A stretch of 64,000 nt of DNA, from positions 32,466 to 96,465 of the forward strand of contig JAUNBC010000002.1 in assembly GCA_030527285.1 (NCBI GenBank). Direction: 5' to 3'. The notes beneath the pieces are model-generated. The model saw only the letters and a list, made by a program, of their open reading frames with translations. It was not told the DNA's origin and ran no database searches. The number at the start of each line of letters is the position of its first letter. The first letter of the stretch is position 1. The position numbers were made by a program, and so were the translations under genes. This DNA is from Bacillota bacterium (GTDB taxonomy: Bacteria; Bacillota; Dehalobacteriia; UBA4068). Below, piece after piece: positions 20,601 to 29,146 of this stretch.

Positions 20601-21713
20601 TTACTTTTTTATTTCACGCATCGTCCGTTGATAATACCTGCCCGGTAATTGTTTGATCAAACCGCGGATCTCCAATACCGTCAGCCTTGCCGCCAGCGTT
20701 GGCGCGTCCAGGCTGCTATCGGCGGCCAGCAGCTCGTCAAAATGCAGCGGCAGCGTCAGCTTATCCAGCAGCTTGTCATCAGCGGCGCTGGTCTCGGCTG
20801 CTTTAGCCTTACCCTTTGGCGGATATTTATGCCGCGGCTGATCGAGATACTCGCGCCAAATATCCTCGGCGCAGGTCGCCACCAGCGAGCCGTCGCGGAT
20901 CAGCTGATTGGTACCGGCGGAGCTGCGGCTGGTGATCGGCCCCGGAACGGCGAATACGTCGCGCTGCTGCGCCAAGGCCGAATACACGGTCAGCAGCGTG
21001 CCGCTCTTTTGCGTCGCCTCGATCACCACCACCCCGCGCGACAGACCGCTGATGATACGGTTGCGGCGGGGGAAGTTCTGCGCCAGCGCCGCCATACCGA
21101 GCGGAAACTCGCTGATCACCGCGCCGTTTTCGCAGATGCGCTGATACAAGGCGGCATGCTCGCGCGGATAGATGACGTCCAGACCGCTGCCCAGCACCGC
21201 CACAGTTTGCCCGCCGGCCTCGATCGCCGCCTGATGGCAAAAGCCGTCGATGCCGCGCGCCATGCCCGAAACGATGCAGAACTCCTGTATCGCCAGATCG
21301 CGCGCCAGTATTTCCGCCACCTGCCGCCCGTAGCCGGAGTATTGCCGCGCGCCGATCAGCGCCAGGCACATATCCTCGGCCTTGGGCAGATTGCCGCGAT
21401 AGAACAGCAGATACGGCGCGTCATTGATCTCGGTCAGCAACGGCGGATAGAGGCTGTCGCCGAGCATCACCAGGCCGCAGCCGCAATCGAGGAATTGCTG
21501 GTATATGCGCTCCGGCTGACAGTACCGCGCCAGCTCCAGCAGCTCCTGCATTTGCCGCTCATTATAACCGGCGGCCTTGTCCCAGAGACGGATATTCCGC
21601 CACGCCTGCTCCGCCGAACCGTCGAAATGATCGAGCAACTGCTGCATTTTGGCCGCCGATACGCGGTTCAGGCTGTGTATCGCCAGTATATACGTCGTCT
21701 GCCGCTCATTCAC
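20601..21713 (-). CDS. dprA: DNA-processing protein DprA (Smf)
   Basis: 370 aa. GARQYSGYG...SGMARGIDGFCHQAA Rossmann-like DprA core. GTG start with GGGAG SD. Confidence 0.88.
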   Translation of the reverse strand: MNERQTTYILAIHSLNRVSAAKMQQLLDHFDGSAEQAWRNIRLWDKAAGYNERQMQELLELARYCQPERIYQQFLDCGCGLVMLGDSLYPPLLTEINDAPYLLFYRGNLPKAEDMCLALIGARQYSGYGRQVAEILARDLAIQEFCIVSGMARGIDGFCHQAAIEAGGQTVAVLGSGLDVIYPREHAALYQRICENGAVISEFPLGMAALAQNFPRRNRIISGLSRGVVVIEATQKSGTLLTVYSALAQQRDVFAVPGPITSRSSAGTNQLIRDGSLVATCAEDIWREYLDQPRHKYPPKGKAKAAETSAADDKLLDKLTLPLHFDELLAADSSLDAPTLAARLTVLEIRGLIKQLPGRYYQRTMREIKK

Positions 21714-21761
21714 GCGCGCTCCCGCCTCCTTTGCCGTATTGTCCTCCCCCGCGCCACAAGC

Positions 21762-22925
21762 CTATTTCTTGCCCTTGAAATTGCCGGCGGCAAGAATATT
21801 CGACTCATAGACGCTGACCAGCTTATCGCGCTGCCGCTGTCTGGCCAAGGCCGTTTGCAGCAGTTTTTCTATCAATTCGCTAAAGCCGAGCCCCAGCGGC
21901 TCAAATAAATAAAAGGACAGCGAGCCGGGTATGGTATTCAGCTCATTGACGTATATCTCGCCGCTGTCCTCATCGAGCAGGAAGTCGATACGGCAAACGC
22001 CGGAGCAGTTCATCGCCGTGAAAGAGCGGCGGGCGATATCCTCGATACGCTGCCGCTGTTCATCGCTCAACTCCGCCGGTATGCGCCGCTTGGCGCCGCT
22101 CATGCCCTTTTGCGAGGCGGCCAGATACTTGTCGGCAAAGCTGAGTATATGCCGCTGCGCCAGCGGCTCCTCACAGCAGGATAATTGCAGGTCGCGGCCA
22201 AAGCCGAGCACGGCGATATTGATCTCGCGCAGCGGCGCGACCGCCCGCTCGAGCAGAATACGCGGCGTGAACATCAGCGCCGCCTCCACGCCCGCGCGCA
22301 TTTGCTCTCTGTCCTCAGCGCGCGAAATGCCGATCGACGAGCCGAGATTGGCCGGCTTAACGATGAGCGGATAGCCCAGCCTGGCCTCGGCCGCCGCACA
22401 GATAGCCTCGGCGTCGTCCTGCCATTGATGGTCGCAGAAAGCGTAATAATCGACCACCGGCAGACCCGCCTCCTTGAGTACGGCCTTCATCATCGTCTTA
22501 TCCATGCCCACCGCCGAGCCAAGCACGTCCGGCCCGACATAGGGCACGCCCGACAGCTCCAGCAGCCCTTGCAGGCAGCCGTCCTCTACCGTGGTGCCAT
22601 GCACCACCGGCAGCGCGATATCGATGCGCTGCTCATAGCCCTTGCCGAACATACCGCGCGCGGCGGCAAAGACGCGCGGCGCGCCAAAGCTCGCGTCGTA
22701 ATGCAGCGGCTGCGCCTGTTTGAGCAGCTCCGGCAGGTTTTTGTAGGCCTTGATATCGAGCAGCGCCTCGCCGCCGTACCATTGGCCGTCCTTGGATATA
22801 TACAGCGGCAGCGGCTGATATTTGTTTTTGTCCATTGCCTGTATCGCCTGCAAGGCGGAAATGATCGACACCTCGTGCTCGACGGTGCGCCCGCCAAAGA
22901 TCACGCCCACTACGATTTTCTCCAT
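21762..22925 (-). CDS. ddl: D-alanine--D-alanine ligase (long, 387 aa ATP-grasp form)
   Basis: KIVVGVIFGGRTVEHEVSIISA N-terminus, ATP-grasp core and C-terminal EIYVNELNTIPG motif. 45 nt downstream of the murF-like gene. Confidence 0.88.
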   Translation of the reverse strand: MEKIVVGVIFGGRTVEHEVSIISALQAIQAMDKNKYQPLPLYISKDGQWYGGEALLDIKAYKNLPELLKQAQPLHYDASFGAPRVFAAARGMFGKGYEQRIDIALPVVHGTTVEDGCLQGLLELSGVPYVGPDVLGSAVGMDKTMMKAVLKEAGLPVVDYYAFCDHQWQDDAEAICAAAEARLGYPLIVKPANLGSSIGISRAEDREQMRAGVEAALMFTPRILLERAVAPLREINIAVLGFGRDLQLSCCEEPLAQRHILSFADKYLAASQKGMSGAKRRIPAELSDEQRQRIEDIARRSFTAMNCSGVCRIDFLLDEDSGEIYVNELNTIPGSLSFYLFEPLGLGFSELIEKLLQTALARQRQRDKLVSVYESNILAAGNFKGKK

Positions 22926-22970
22926 GCCCGACTTCCTCCGTTATCCTGGTATATAGCAGTTTATGCTTAT

Positions 22971-24554
22971 TTATGCCTCGTCATAGCTATCCGGCAAATC
23001 GTTTTCGAACAATACCACGCTGCCGGGGCTTAATATAGTGGTCAAATGCCGGCGCGCCTCCTTGAGATCGGCGGCGACGAACAGCCGCTCCCTGGGGAAA
23101 TCCGCGTCGCGAACGCCTTCCTGCAGCGGCAGGCTATGCTTTTTGCCGACGAGAATGATCTGATCGCAGACTGCGGCCATTTGCCGTCCAAACTGATAAT
23201 TGAGCCGGTATTCGGCCTCGCCCAGCTCGACCATGCCGGGAGTGATAACGATCTTCTGCCCGCCCTCGAAGCAGGAAAGCACCTCCAAGGCCGAGGCCGC
23301 GCCGGCCGGATTGGCGTTGAACGCGTCGTCGATGATGTAATAATCCTGCGCCTGCCGTAATTGCAGGCGATGCTCTATCGGCTGCAAGCCCTTGACTCCG
23401 CGCGCCGCCTCAGCCAGCGTCACGCCTAATACTGAGGCCGCCGCCACGGCGGCGAGGATATTGCTGACATTATGCCGCCCTAACAGCCGGCAGCTGAAAG
23501 CCCGGCTGTCCGCGTCATGATGCACGGTAAAGCTGCTGCCGTCCTTGCCATAGCGGATATCGTCCGCCCAGAAGTCATAATCGGCGCTCAGGCCATAGGA
23601 GATGACGCGGCAGGGACTGCGATGCGCATTAGCGGCGATATTGGCGTCGTCAAAATTGAGCACCGCCGTACCGTCGGCCGGCAAATGCTCGATCAGCTCG
23701 AATTTGGTGTTGATAATGTTGGCCAGGCTGCCGAAGCTCTCCAAATGCTGCTCGCCGATAGCCGTAAGTATGCCGATCTTCGGCGGAGCCAGCTCGCATA
23801 GCTCAGCGATATCCCCCACCTGCTTGGCTCCCATCTCGGCGATAAACACCTGATGCAGCGGGCGCAACTGCTCGCGTATCACCCGCGTTACGCCCATCGG
23901 CGTATTATAGCTGGCAGGAGTGGCCAGCGTCATGTACTTCTCGGAGCATATCGCCGCCGCGATCAGCTTGACGCTGGTCTTGCCATAGCTGCCGGTCACC
24001 GCCACCGTGGTCAGATACAGCAGCTCGCTCAGCCGCCGCTTGGCCTCGTTAAGATAGCGATTGGCGATGCGGCGCTCCAAAGGCTCGATCATCCGCAGCG
24101 CACCCAAGGCGTAATAATTGGCGCCAACGCACATCAAAGCCAGCGCCAGCGCCGCTACGATCAGCCACGGACGCAGCCACAGCAAGAAGGCGGCGATGAT
24201 GAACCCGTCGATGAGCACAAACAGGGCGGACAGCGCATACAGGCGTTTGACGCGGGCGGTGAATACCAGCGGCTTTTTCTCCGCCTGCGGACGCGGCCAG
24301 TAGATGAACAGCAGCAGCGCCGCGGCGATAAAAGCCGCCGCCGCAAAAGCCGGAGCCGAGATCAGCGCGCCCAGCAGCGGCAGTATCAGCACTATCTCGC
24401 CCTTGCGCAGCTCCTGCCGCGCGCGCGGCATATACCAGTCCCAGTAGCGCTCCAGGCGGTAGGAGTTCTGTTGCAGCATATGTATGGTGCGGCGCAGCGG
24501 GCAGATGATGATATAAGCGACGAGCGCGGCGATGGCGATCAGCGGTAATGTCAT
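22971..24554 (-). CDS. murF: MurF-type Mur ligase (UDP-MurNAc-tripeptide--D-Ala-D-Ala ligase-like) with a polytopic membrane N-terminal domain
   Basis: From about aa 185: VTGSYGKTSVK P-loop, SYNTPMGV, AEMGAKQVGDI, GEQHLESFGS and DDAFNANP, all MurF-like. The first ~170 aa are 4-5 hydrophobic helices. ATGA overlap with the upstream hydrolase stop. GGGGAGGAG SD. Confidence 0.8.
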   Translation of the reverse strand: MTLPLIAIAALVAYIIICPLRRTIHMLQQNSYRLERYWDWYMPRARQELRKGEIVLILPLLGALISAPAFAAAAFIAAALLLFIYWPRPQAEKKPLVFTARVKRLYALSALFVLIDGFIIAAFLLWLRPWLIVAALALALMCVGANYYALGALRMIEPLERRIANRYLNEAKRRLSELLYLTTVAVTGSYGKTSVKLIAAAICSEKYMTLATPASYNTPMGVTRVIREQLRPLHQVFIAEMGAKQVGDIAELCELAPPKIGILTAIGEQHLESFGSLANIINTKFELIEHLPADGTAVLNFDDANIAANAHRSPCRVISYGLSADYDFWADDIRYGKDGSSFTVHHDADSRAFSCRLLGRHNVSNILAAVAAASVLGVTLAEAARGVKGLQPIEHRLQLRQAQDYYIIDDAFNANPAGAASALEVLSCFEGGQKIVITPGMVELGEAEYRLNYQFGRQMAAVCDQIILVGKKHSLPLQEGVRDADFPRERLFVAADLKEARRHLTTILSPGSVVLFENDLPDSYDEA

Positions 24555-25330
24555 GCTTGCTCCTCCCCGGCGGCGGGCGCGCCGATGAAGCTGTCAAGTA
24601 TCAGCTCAAAGCGGCGCGGCTGCTCCAAAAACGGATAATGACCGCAATCCTCGAATATGACCAGGCCGGCGTCGGGTATGCTCTTTTCCATCAGCCGGCC
24701 GTCGCAAAGCGGCGTGGCGGTATCGTTCTCGCCCCATAGCAGCAGCGTCGAGGCCTTGATACGCGGCAGCAGCCCGCTCAAATCCTCATTGACCACCTTG
24801 ACGAAGATCTGCCGCATCACGCCCTCGGCCGCCGCATAGTCGGAGGAAGGATTGCTCTTCAGCCATAAGCGCATCACCTGATCGTAGCCGCCGCGCAGCA
24901 GCGGCAGGCTCATCAGCCGCTTCGCCGCCTTGTAGCTGTAAACGCGCGCATAATAGCCAAGGCCGCGCTTGGGGATAATGCCGGCGGCGTCGCAAAGGAT
25001 CAGCTTATCGCAGCAATCCTCCGCGCCGAGGATAATGCCCAGCCGCCCGCCGAAGGAATGGCCGAAGATCAGCGGCCTGTCTAAGCCCAGCGCGGCGATA
25101 AAAGCGCGCACAAAGGCGGCATAATCATAGACGCTCCACGCCGCAGCAGGCGGCGGCGTTTTGCCATGGCCGGGCAGGTCAAGGCTGACGGCGCGGCAAT
25201 AATCGGACAAATGCCTGCGCAGCGGCTCCAGGGTCGAGCTATCCACGCCCCAGCCATGCAGCAGCACTACGCTTTGCCCGCTGCCGCCGTCATTATAGAA
25301 GGTATCTATATCATTGATATTAAGACGCAT
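24551..25330 (-). CDS. Alpha/beta-fold hydrolase
   Basis: 259 aa. VVLLHGWG oxyanion region, GHSFGG nucleophile elbow and C-terminal GHYPF histidine. Confidence 0.85.
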   Translation of the reverse strand: MRLNINDIDTFYNDGGSGQSVVLLHGWGVDSSTLEPLRRHLSDYCRAVSLDLPGHGKTPPPAAAWSVYDYAAFVRAFIAALGLDRPLIFGHSFGGRLGIILGAEDCCDKLILCDAAGIIPKRGLGYYARVYSYKAAKRLMSLPLLRGGYDQVMRLWLKSNPSSDYAAAEGVMRQIFVKVVNEDLSGLLPRIKASTLLLWGENDTATPLCDGRLMEKSIPDAGLVIFEDCGHYPFLEQPRRFELILDSFIGAPAAGEEQA

Positions 25331-25386
25331 TGAACTATCCTGTTCCGTCTGGCATTAAAATCAAAGTATTTAAGGAATTTAACTTG

Positions 25387-25415
25387 TTTATACCATATAT
25401 ATATTATAAAAGCAA
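25387..25415 (-). promoter_or_regulatory. Sigma-A-type promoter for the hydrolase-murF-ddl operon (-35 TTGCTT, 17 nt, extended -10 TGgTATAAA)
   Basis: Minus-strand reading: TTGCTTttataatatatatatggTATAAA, about 55 nt upstream of the hydrolase ATG. Confidence 0.5.
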
Positions 25416-25481
25416 TAGAGAATATTCGCTGAAACTCGTTTGCGGGCGTTCGCTGCGGCGGCGGCGCCTCTATCCGTGCGC

Positions 25482-25521
25482 AGAGAAAAGGCTCCTGCCG
25501 AAAAGCAGAAGCCTCTTCTCT
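25482..25521 (-). terminator. Rho-independent terminator after the zinc-ribbon ORF
   Basis: Minus-strand GGCTTCTGC-TTTTC-GGCAGGAGCC hairpin (one mismatch), followed by TTTTCTCT. Confidence 0.65.
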
Positions 25522-25550
25522 GGGGAGGGTATTTATCTTGGGCGCGGCGC

Positions 25551-25724
25551 TTATGGTTTAGACGGTCTCTTTTCCGGCCGGCGGCGCAGGCCGGCCAGCA
25601 TTTGCGGATCATAAACGCTGCGCGCCAGACTGAGATCCTTGCCGCAGCAGGGGCAAAACCATATTTGCACCGCCGCCGCCGAATATGAGATCTGCGCGCA
25701 GGACGGACAAACCTTATATGGCAT
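25551..25724 (-). CDS. Small zinc-ribbon protein (57 aa), function unknown
   Basis: MPYKVCPSCAQISYSAAAVQIWFCPCCGKDL... has CPxC-N17-CPCC and a basic tail. GAAAGGAG SD 6 nt upstream of ATG 25724. The track ORF (to 25871) is over-extended. Confidence 0.6.
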   Translation of the reverse strand: MPYKVCPSCAQISYSAAAVQIWFCPCCGKDLSLARSVYDPQMLAGLRRRPEKRPSKP

Positions 25725-25769
25725 AGCGGCTCCTTTCAACAGCGGGATCACGCTTATAGCATAACAGAA

Positions 25770-25792
25770 GCGCGACAAATAATTTGTCGCGC
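25770..25792. promoter_or_regulatory. Perfect 23-nt palindrome (candidate operator) overlapping the putative promoter of the zinc-ribbon gene
   Basis: GCGCGACAAAT-A-ATTTGTCGCGC (11+1+11, no mismatch). It lies 12 nt upstream of an extended -10 TGcTATAAG (minus strand, 25758-25753). No U-tract on either side, so it is a poor terminator. Confidence 0.5.
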
Positions 25793-25833
25793 TATGGTGA
25801 TAAAAACTATATTTGTTGCGACTTTTTTTGCTT

Positions 25834-25869
25834 GAAAAATATCGGCGGAGGTCATATGGCCCCCGCCGC
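25834..25869 (-). terminator. Rho-independent terminator after the SH3b gene
   Basis: Minus-strand CGGCGGGGG-CCATATGA-CCTCCGCCG hairpin followed by ATATTTTTC. Confidence 0.7.
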
Positions 25870-25911
25870 AAAAGGCGTTAGCATACCGCCGTTTACCGAT
25901 AATCCGGCGGC

Positions 25912-26409
25912 TTAATAGGGATCGCCGCATAACCATCCGGCCACCCAGCCTTCCGCGCCGGAGCTGGTCCTGATATGATACCAAGTGCCGTCCGAGGCGG
26001 TAGTGGAGCCGATATAGGTCAGCACCGTGCCCGAGGTCGCCGAGCCGATGATCTCCGCAGATTGAGAAGCGGTAGCGCGAATATTCACGCTGTCCGCCGT
26101 GACCTCGACCGAGGTATAAGCAGCGTCCTGCGTGCCGGTGGTGGTATCGGACGAATCGGAAACATCGAGCGGCTCGGCGGTATTGGTCAAGCCGTTGGAG
26201 GCCAGGATCGCCCGCATCTCGTCGATATCGCTCTGCATCGTGGTCAGACGGTCGCCGACAAAGCTTTCCACCCAGCTCTGCGCGACCAAGGGATCATCCT
26301 TGGATCCGGGGGTATTATCCAATGTCTGCGCCACCTGCCCGATCACAAAACCCAAACCGGTAAAAACTACCGCCGCTACGATCAAAACTATTACTCCGAT
26401 CTTATTCAT
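25912..26409 (-). CDS. Membrane-anchored SH3b-domain protein
   Basis: 165 aa. N-terminal TM helix (IGVIVLIVAAVVFTGLGFVIG). C-terminal VNIRATASQSAEIIG...GTWYHIRTSSGAEGWVAGWL is bacterial SH3-like. Confidence 0.7.
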   Translation of the reverse strand: MNKIGVIVLIVAAVVFTGLGFVIGQVAQTLDNTPGSKDDPLVAQSWVESFVGDRLTTMQSDIDEMRAILASNGLTNTAEPLDVSDSSDTTTGTQDAAYTSVEVTADSVNIRATASQSAEIIGSATSGTVLTYIGSTTASDGTWYHIRTSSGAEGWVAGWLCGDPY

Positions 26410-26425
26410 TGCTCCTGCTCCTTTA

Positions 26426-27478
26426 TCAGTTATGGCTTGTTTTTGTCGTTGCTTGACTTGCGATGTTCACGTTCCCGCGCAATACGCCCAATCTCTCCGC
26501 ACCTAACACAGCCAAAAGCGTAACGATGATCAATACTATCACTGCCTGCGCGCTGGCGAGCACCGACATCAGTACCGCGCACAGACCCATTACCAGAGAT
26601 ACCGCGTATATGGTCAGCACCGTTTGTTTATGCGTGAGCCCCAAAGACAACAGCCGGTGATGCAAATGCATTTTATCGGCCTCGAATACCGGCTTATGCA
26701 GTATCAGGCGGCGCACGATGGCAAAGAAGGTATCAAAAATCGGTATGCCGAGCACGATCAGCGGGATGAATACCGAGATAAAGGTCGCGCCCTTGGCCAG
26801 CCCCATCAGCGCCAGCGCGCCCAGCACGAATCCGAGGAACAGCGAGCCGCAATCGCCCATGAAGGTGCGCGCGGGGTTGAAGTTATAGCGCAGAAAGCCG
26901 AAGCAGGACGCCGCCAATACGCCGGCGATGGCCGCCGCCACATACTCGCCCTGCGCCGAGCAGACTATCGCCATCGACAGCGCGGCGATGGCCGAGATAC
27001 CGGCGGAAAGGCCGTCCAGGCCATCGACAAGATTGATGGTATTGGACACGCCGACCAGCCACAGCACAGTCAGCGGAATGGCGAAAACGCCCAGCGAGAT
27101 CAGGCCGCCGTCAAAGGGATTGGTGATAAACCTGATCGCCACGCCGCCCTGTACCAGCACCAACGCGGCTATCACCTGACCCAGCAGCTTGGCGCGCGGC
27201 GAGATGCCGCGTATATCGTCTATCAGCCCGGTGAGCATCACCAGCCCCGATGATACCAGCAGGCAAGCCACCGGCATCGTGTATTCGCTGAGCAGCAGCA
27301 CGCCGATAGCGAAAGCGGCGTAGATGGCAATACCGCCCATACGCGGCTTGGGCTCGCTATGCACCTTGCGCGCCTCGGGCTTGTCTACGACGTTTAATTT
27401 AACGGCGATCTTGATCGCCGGCGGCGTCAGCAGCAATGCCGCCAAAAAAGCGGCGCTTACGCCCAGCCATACAAACAT
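26426..27478 (-). CDS. Glycosyltransferase family 4 polyprenyl-phosphate HexNAc-1-P transferase (WecA/TagO/MraY superfamily)
   Basis: Polytopic membrane protein with NLVDGLDGL and FMGDCGSLFLGF motifs. Start set at MFVWLGV (ATG 27478). Confidence 0.85.
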   Translation of the reverse strand: MFVWLGVSAAFLAALLLTPPAIKIAVKLNVVDKPEARKVHSEPKPRMGGIAIYAAFAIGVLLLSEYTMPVACLLVSSGLVMLTGLIDDIRGISPRAKLLGQVIAALVLVQGGVAIRFITNPFDGGLISLGVFAIPLTVLWLVGVSNTINLVDGLDGLSAGISAIAALSMAIVCSAQGEYVAAAIAGVLAASCFGFLRYNFNPARTFMGDCGSLFLGFVLGALALMGLAKGATFISVFIPLIVLGIPIFDTFFAIVRRLILHKPVFEADKMHLHHRLLSLGLTHKQTVLTIYAVSLVMGLCAVLMSVLASAQAVIVLIIVTLLAVLGAERLGVLRGNVNIASQATTKTSHN

Positions 27479-27610
27479 ATATACCTCTCGTTCACCGTCC
27501 GTAAACGGTACATAGCGGCAGCCTTTCGCTGGCCCTCCTTGCTCCAAATCGTATTACGGCACATTTTTTAACTCATATATTATCCCATTAAACAACCTGA
27601 TTTGTCAATG

Positions 27611-29146
27611 CTATTTTCTTTTGAACTCGCGCGCTATCGTTTTCAGCGTAGCGCTTTTCAGCAGCAGCAGTATCAGCACATAGATCAGCACCGCCGCCGC
27701 GATCAGCCCCAACAGCTGCGCGGTCAAGTCGTACTTGTATGATACATGCGGCAGCAGCGCTTGTGCCGCCGCCACCGGCACGGCCATCAAAAGGCTGGCG
27801 GCCAGCGTTTTACCCAGCTCGCGATACAGCGATTCCGCTCCGCGCGAGCAAAAGTCGAGCCGCTTTTGCAGGAAATACCATAACAGCAGCGTATTGACCG
27901 CCGCCGCCAGCGTATTGGCCAGACCCAGCCCGCCCAGACCCATCGGGCCGACCAGCAGCAGGCTGGCGATGGTATTCGCTGCGATCGAGACAGCGCCGGT
28001 CAGCATCGGCGTTTTAACGTCGGACAGCGCATAGTAGACGCGGATCAGCAGCATCGAGGCGGCGAGGAATACCAGCCCCGGAGCCAGGGTCAGCAGCGCC
28101 TGCGCGGTGATCACCGTATCCGCCGCATCAAAGCTGCCGCGCTCGAACAGCAGGCGGATGATCGGCGTATCCAGTATCATCAGCCCCAGCGCCGCCGGTA
28201 TCGCCACCAGCGCGATCATTGATAAGCCCTTGCGCACCGTGGCGGCCAGCTGTCCGGTATCCTGCCGGTCGGCTAATTCCGCCAAGGCCGGGAAAGCGGC
28301 GGTGATGATCGCCGCGACAAAGACGCCGAGCGGCAAATTCATCATTTTGCCGGCATAATCGAGCGCCGCGATCGAGCCTTCGGCCAATGAGCTGGCAAAA
28401 ATGCGGTTGATGATCGTATAGATCTGCGTTACAGCCAAGCCCAGCACTATCGGCAGTATATTCTCCAGCACCTTTTTGATCACCGGATGGCGGAGATCAA
28501 GGCACAGCCGGTATTTGAAGCCGGTGCGCGGCAGATCGGCCATTTGCAGCAGCATGAAGCCGGCGAAACCGGCCAAGGTCGCCCAGGCCAAAGCGTAGAC
28601 GTTGCTGCCGCACAACCATTGCACGGTGACGATGACGGCGATAGAAGTCACCGCCGGAGCCAGCGCCGCCGCGACAAAGCGGTAGCGGCTGTTCAAAATG
28701 CCGGACATCACCATTCCCACGCCCATGAACAGCATCGAAGGGAAAATGATCCGCGTCAGCTGCGCCGCTAACTGCGCCGTATCGGCAGGCAGATTGGGAG
28801 CGGTCAGCCATACCAGAAACGGCGCGGCAGCCACGCCGAGCAGGCTCAACGGCAGCAACAGCAGCGCCGTGATATTCAGCAGCGAGCTGGCCAGATGATG
28901 CGCCTCGCTGTTATCCTCGCCCTCGCTCCAATAATGCGAAAGTGCCGGCAGCACCGCCGACACAAAAGCATAGCCTAAAACCGCCTGCATAAAGTAGGGC
29001 AAGGTATAAGCGACCTTATAAGCGTCGGAAAGCGCCGATGCGCCGAAGCCCGAGGCGATCACCACCTCGCGGACGAAACCCAGCAGTTTGACGACGATAT
29101 TTATCAGCAGCAGAACTCCTGCCGCCTTGATGATATTCTTGGTCAT
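27611..29146 (-). CDS. murJ: Lipid II flippase MurJ (MviN)
   Basis: 511 aa, 14-TM MOP-superfamily profile with an MviN-like N-terminus (LLGFVREVVIASGFGAS). Confidence 0.88.
   Translation of the reverse strand: MTKNIIKAAGVLLLINIVVKLLGFVREVVIASGFGASALSDAYKVAYTLPYFMQAVLGYAFVSAVLPALSHYWSEGEDNSEAHHLASSLLNITALLLLPLSLLGVAAAPFLVWLTAPNLPADTAQLAAQLTRIIFPSMLFMGVGMVMSGILNSRYRFVAAALAPAVTSIAVIVTVQWLCGSNVYALAWATLAGFAGFMLLQMADLPRTGFKYRLCLDLRHPVIKKVLENILPIVLGLAVTQIYTIINRIFASSLAEGSIAALDYAGKMMNLPLGVFVAAIITAAFPALAELADRQDTGQLAATVRKGLSMIALVAIPAALGLMILDTPIIRLLFERGSFDAADTVITAQALLTLAPGLVFLAASMLLIRVYYALSDVKTPMLTGAVSIAANTIASLLLVGPMGLGGLGLANTLAAAVNTLLLWYFLQKRLDFCSRGAESLYRELGKTLAASLLMAVPVAAAQALLPHVSYKYDLTAQLLGLIAAAVLIYVLILLLLKSATLKTIAREFKRK

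Noticed and set aside
21762-22925. Ddl as a Van-type D-Ala-D-Lac or D-Ala-D-Ser resistance ligase.
   Set aside because: There are no adjacent vanH, vanX, vanR or vanS-like genes. Substrate specificity cannot be decided by eye from the omega-loop region (LSFADKYLAASQKG). It is treated as a housekeeping Ddl until a phylogeny says otherwise.
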